Positions 60,454 through 64,000 of a stretch of DNA of 64,000 bases are shown one piece after another. Below the pieces are notes generated by a model. It saw only the letters and a program-made list of their open reading frames with translations. It was not told the origin of the DNA and did no database searches. Within the stretch, counting starts at the first letter, position 1. Every line of letters starts with the position of its first letter. Made by a program: the position numbers and the translations under genes. Location of the stretch: positions 3,102,001-3,166,000 of the forward strand of contig CM075995.1 of assembly GCA_038087875.1 (NCBI GenBank). The letters are read 5' to 3'. This DNA is from Malacoraja senta (taxonomy: Eukaryota).

Positions 60454-61462
60454 CGTCTCTGTGGAGCAGCCCCTGTATGAGCTGCTCCTTTTGGATAACC
60501 GCTGGGGAACGGTATCCTGTCCCCGACGGGACTCTCGTGGCCCGACTCTGCGGAGTCTATAGCCCTTACTGACTTGGCTTATGCCGACCGCCCGACTGGC
60601 GTTGGCTGTGTACCCGGCTGGGCACTTTGCCAAGTCTGTCGCCGCACCGCTACCGGCTTGCGACTCCCCCGAGGTGACAGGCTGCCTTTCAGAGACTGCG
60701 CTCCCGCAGCTCTCTCTCTCCTTGTCGGCAGCAGCCTGCACCTTTTCCTTGTTCCTGTATGTGGGGGAAAAACACACAGAAACAATTTCTTTACTTTTCT
60801 CTAACTCCTCCAAAGTCTCCCCGACTTTGGTGGAGCTGTAATTACTCACCTGCAGCAGGAGGCCCGTGCTCCTGCTGCCGTTGTCGCCAATGCGTCAGAC
60901 GTAATGACGCGCATGCGCCCTGACCGGGTTCTTCACGTAGTCACTCACGTGACTCCGAAGTAAAATCTATCTCTCTCCACCTTAAACACATCCATGAATT
61001 GGCCACAACAGCCTTATGTGGCAATGAATTCCACAGATTCATCAAGAGTATAGGAGTCGTGTGCAGGGCCACAATAAACTACCAGTATTTCTAGAGAAGC
61101 AGTGATTGTGTTTAAGATAGACATTGTCACAACTGCACTACGGAGAGTGAACAGGAAATATCTGCCAAAGACACCAAAATAAATAGCAATCTCTCTGAGA
61201 AGAAAACAGGGTGTTTGAATGGACAATTGCTTAATAATCTTTTCCTTCCCGAAGTACGTTACTGCTCCACTAAACAGTGCGATTACAATAGAAATCATCA
61301 ACAATGAATGGCATTGTTAAGGTCACTCAGTCAGGCTATTTATAAGGCAATGAATGATATTTCCAGGATTAACAGACCAGCATTTTTTTTCCATAATATT
61401 CAAGTTTACACGGTCCTGCTGTTACAGTATAGAACTAATAACCTGGAATTTCTGAAGAAGGA

Positions 61463-62115
61463 TCATAAGGTCATACGGTATAGGAATAGAATTAGGCCAT
61501 TTGGCCCATCAAGTCTACTCCGCCATTCAATCATGGCTGGTCTATCTCTCCCTCCTAACCACATTCTCCTGCCTTCTCCCCATAACCACTGACACCTGTA
61601 CTAATGAAAAATCTATTTATCTCTGCCTTAAAAATATCCACTGACAAGAACCCCACAGCCTTCTGTGGCAAAGAATTCCACAAATTCATCACCCTCTGAC
61701 TGAAGAAATGTATCTAAAAAAAACATCCTTTAATTCTGAGTCTATGACCTCTAGTCCTGGACTCTCCCACTAGTGGAAACATCCTCTCCACATCCACTCC
61801 AAGCCTTTCACTATTCTGTATGTTCAAATGAGGTCCCCATACATTCTTCTAACCTCCAGCGAGTACTGGCCCAGTGCCGATAAACGCTCTTCATAGGTTA
61901 ACCTACTCATTCCTAATTAATTCTTGTAAACCTCCTCTGGACCCTCCCCAGAGCCAGCACATTCTTTCTTAGATGTGACAGTGCCCAAAAGTGCCCACAA
62001 TATTCAAAATGTGGCCTGACCAGTGCCTTATAAAGCCTTAGCATGACATCCCTGTTTTTGTATGCAAGCCCTCTTGAAACAAATGCTAGCATTGAGTTTG
62101 CTTTCTTTACTACTG
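61463..62115 (-). mobile_element. CR1 3' fragment
   Basis: LYKALVRPHFEYCGHFW and RVQRRFTR; cataaggtcata tail. Confidence 0.87.
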
Positions 62116-62559
62116 ACCTGTCACATATTCCTTTTGTCCAGAGATGCTGCCTGACCTGCTGAGTTACTCCCTTATCATTCACCTGTATTCTGTGAATTGC
62201 TCGATTATAATCGTGTATTGTCTTGAGGCTAGCTGGTTAGCACGTAAAAAAAAATCTTTTCACTGTACCTCAGTAGACGTGACAAAACTGAAACGACTCC
62301 AGCTTTTTGTGACCACCTTTTCAATGCTGGGAATTTGAACTCTGCGAAGAGATAATTTGGCACCGGGAAATATGAAGGCTGGCATATTGTCATAAAATCC
62401 AGCTGGTTCAACAATATGGCTTAAGGCAGAGAATTTCTATCGTACCCAGTTTGAGCATATGTTACTTCAGTCTCAATCTCTTATTACCTATAGGGCTACA
62501 AAATCCTTGCCAATGTTGTTTACAGATCATTTTTTTAAACTTCATTTTTGCATCCACAG

Positions 62560-63145
62560 TAGTTTAGTTTAGTTTAGTTTAGTTTAGAGATACAGTGCAA
62601 AAATAAGCCCCCCCTGTTCCCCCAAGTCTGTGCTGGCCAGTACACCCCAGATCACCCCGTACACTAGCACTATCAAACACACTAGGGACAATTTACAATT
62701 TTTACCGAAGCCAATTGATTTACAAACCTGTACTTCTTTGGAATGTGGGAGGAAACCGGAGCACCCGGGGAAAACCCACGCGGTCACGAGAATGTACAAA
62801 CTGGGCTTCTGGTGCTGTAAGGCAGCTGCTCCACCGTGTCGGCCTTACTAATTAATTTTACTCTAATTTTTATTTTTTGGATGGCGCAGTGGTGCAGCTG
62901 ATAAAGCTGCGACCAAACAACGCTGGAGGACCGGGTTCTATCCTGAACTGGGTGCTGTCTGTGTGGAGTTCGCACGTTGTCCCTGTGACCCCGGGATTCC
63001 TGCATTTGCTCCAGCTTCCGCCCACATACCAAAGCCGATCGGGTTTGTATGTTAATTGACCAGTGTAAAATTCGCCCTAAATGTGCAGGGGATGGATACA
63101 AAAGTGGGATAACTGGTGTGAGCGGGTGATCGATGGTCGGCGTTG
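62560..63145. mobile_element. Two HE1-like SINEs head-to-head (62560-62840 -, and a diverged copy 62880-63145 +)
   Basis: (tttag)n tail on the first; tggtgcagctg and ggttctatcc boxes on the second. Confidence 0.78.
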
Positions 63146-63149
63146 ACTC

Positions 63150-63647
63150 AAGTGAGACCACACCTGGAGTATTGTGTGCAGTTTTGGTCCCATAATTTGA
63201 GGAAGGACATTCTTGCTATTGAGGGAGTGCAGTGTAGGTTTACAAGGTTAATTCCCTGGATGGCGGGTCTGTCATATGCTGAGAGAATGGAGCAGCTGGG
63301 CTTGTACACTCTGGAGTTTAGAAGGATGAGAGGGCATCTCATTGAAACATATAAGATTGTTAAGGGCTTGGACACGCTAGAGGCAGGAAACATATTCCCG
63401 ATGTTGGGGGAGTCCAGAACCAGGGGCCACAGCTTAAGAATAAGGAGTAAGCCATTTAAAACGGAGACGAGGAAACACTTTTTCTCACAGAGAGTGGTGA
63501 GTCTGTGGAATTCTCTGCCTCAGAGGGCGGTGGAGGCAGGTTCTCTGGATGCTTTCAAGAGAGAGCTAGATAGGGCTCTTAAAGATAGCGGAGTCAGGGG
63601 ATATGGGGAGAAGGCAGAAACGGGGTACTGATTGGGGATGATCAGCC
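63150..63647 (+). mobile_element. CR1 3' fragment
   Basis: ORF 63143-63631 has VRPHLEYCVQFWS and FSQRVVSLWNSLP. Confidence 0.92.
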
Positions 63648-64000
63648 AAGATCAAGATTCAAGATCAAGATTTCCTTTATTGTCATTCAGACCTTTCGGT
63701 CTGAACAAAATTGTGATGCCTGCAGTCATACACAGAACCAATAATAACAAAACAGACAATAAACACAAATTAAAACATCCACCACAGTGAGTTCACCAAG
63801 CACATCCTCACTGTGATGGAGGCAAAGTCTTAGTCTCCGTCTCTTCCCTCCTTGTTCTCCCTCTGCGCTGAGGCGATCGATCCAGGCCGAAGATGCCGCC
63901 CTCCAGTTCAGCGGACCTCCGTGGTGATGTCGCCGCCGCCGAAAGCCAGAACGCCGGTCTCTCGCTCCGAGACGGCCCGCCACAGCATCAGCTCCAGGTC
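63647..64000 (-). mobile_element. Non-autonomous GC-rich retroposon with (ATCTTG)n tail; runs off the window
   Basis: caagatcaagat...tttattgtc tail and core cacatcctcactgtgatggaggc. Confidence 0.65.

Larger units (their letters stand above)
56145..60965 (-). mobile_element. DIRS1-type retrotransposon, full-length, decayed (DIRS-B)
   Basis: Termini are nearly identical to DIRS-A; ICR at 56372-56482; gag-like, RT (FVSNIFPRPKKDGG, HFKME, LPNGFSSAP), RNase H, MT-like and YR remnants. Confidence 0.95.

Overview
Eukaryotic (vertebrate) non-coding DNA made almost entirely of nested transposable elements. The repeat mix (tRNA-derived HE1-like SINEs, many CR1/HER1-like LINE tails, Penelope-like LTR fragments) suggests a cartilaginous fish, probably a skate or ray; this is inferred from recalled repeat families, not from a search. 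No host exon could be supported. Main contents: (1) a decayed CR1 LINE with an esterase-type ORF1 (1-~4020, -); (2) two full-length but decayed DIRS1-type tyrosine-recombinase retrotransposons (9986-16021 +, 56145-60965 -) with ITR/ICR architecture and a methyltransferase-like domain; (3) an L1/Tx1 3' fragment with a 15-bp TSD inside the first DIRS; (4) an internally deleted Tc1 (22067-22867); (5) a young 5'-truncated Rex1/Babar LINE with about 819 uninterrupted codons (52290-54917); (6) a Crack/Daphne-like LINE end; (7) Helitron-like non-autonomous elements carrying minisatellites; (8) many Penelope pLTR micro-insertions with a hammerhead-ribozyme-like core. The most unusual signals are TSD-flanked Penelope fold-back mini-insertions (one enclosing foreign cargo), ICR/terminus covariation and positionally shared splice signals in the two DIRS, a modular GC-rich non-autonomous retroposon family with swapped tails, and two locally templated insertions. 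Most components belong to known families; novelty claims are hypotheses. Fragment boundaries without TSDs are approximate.
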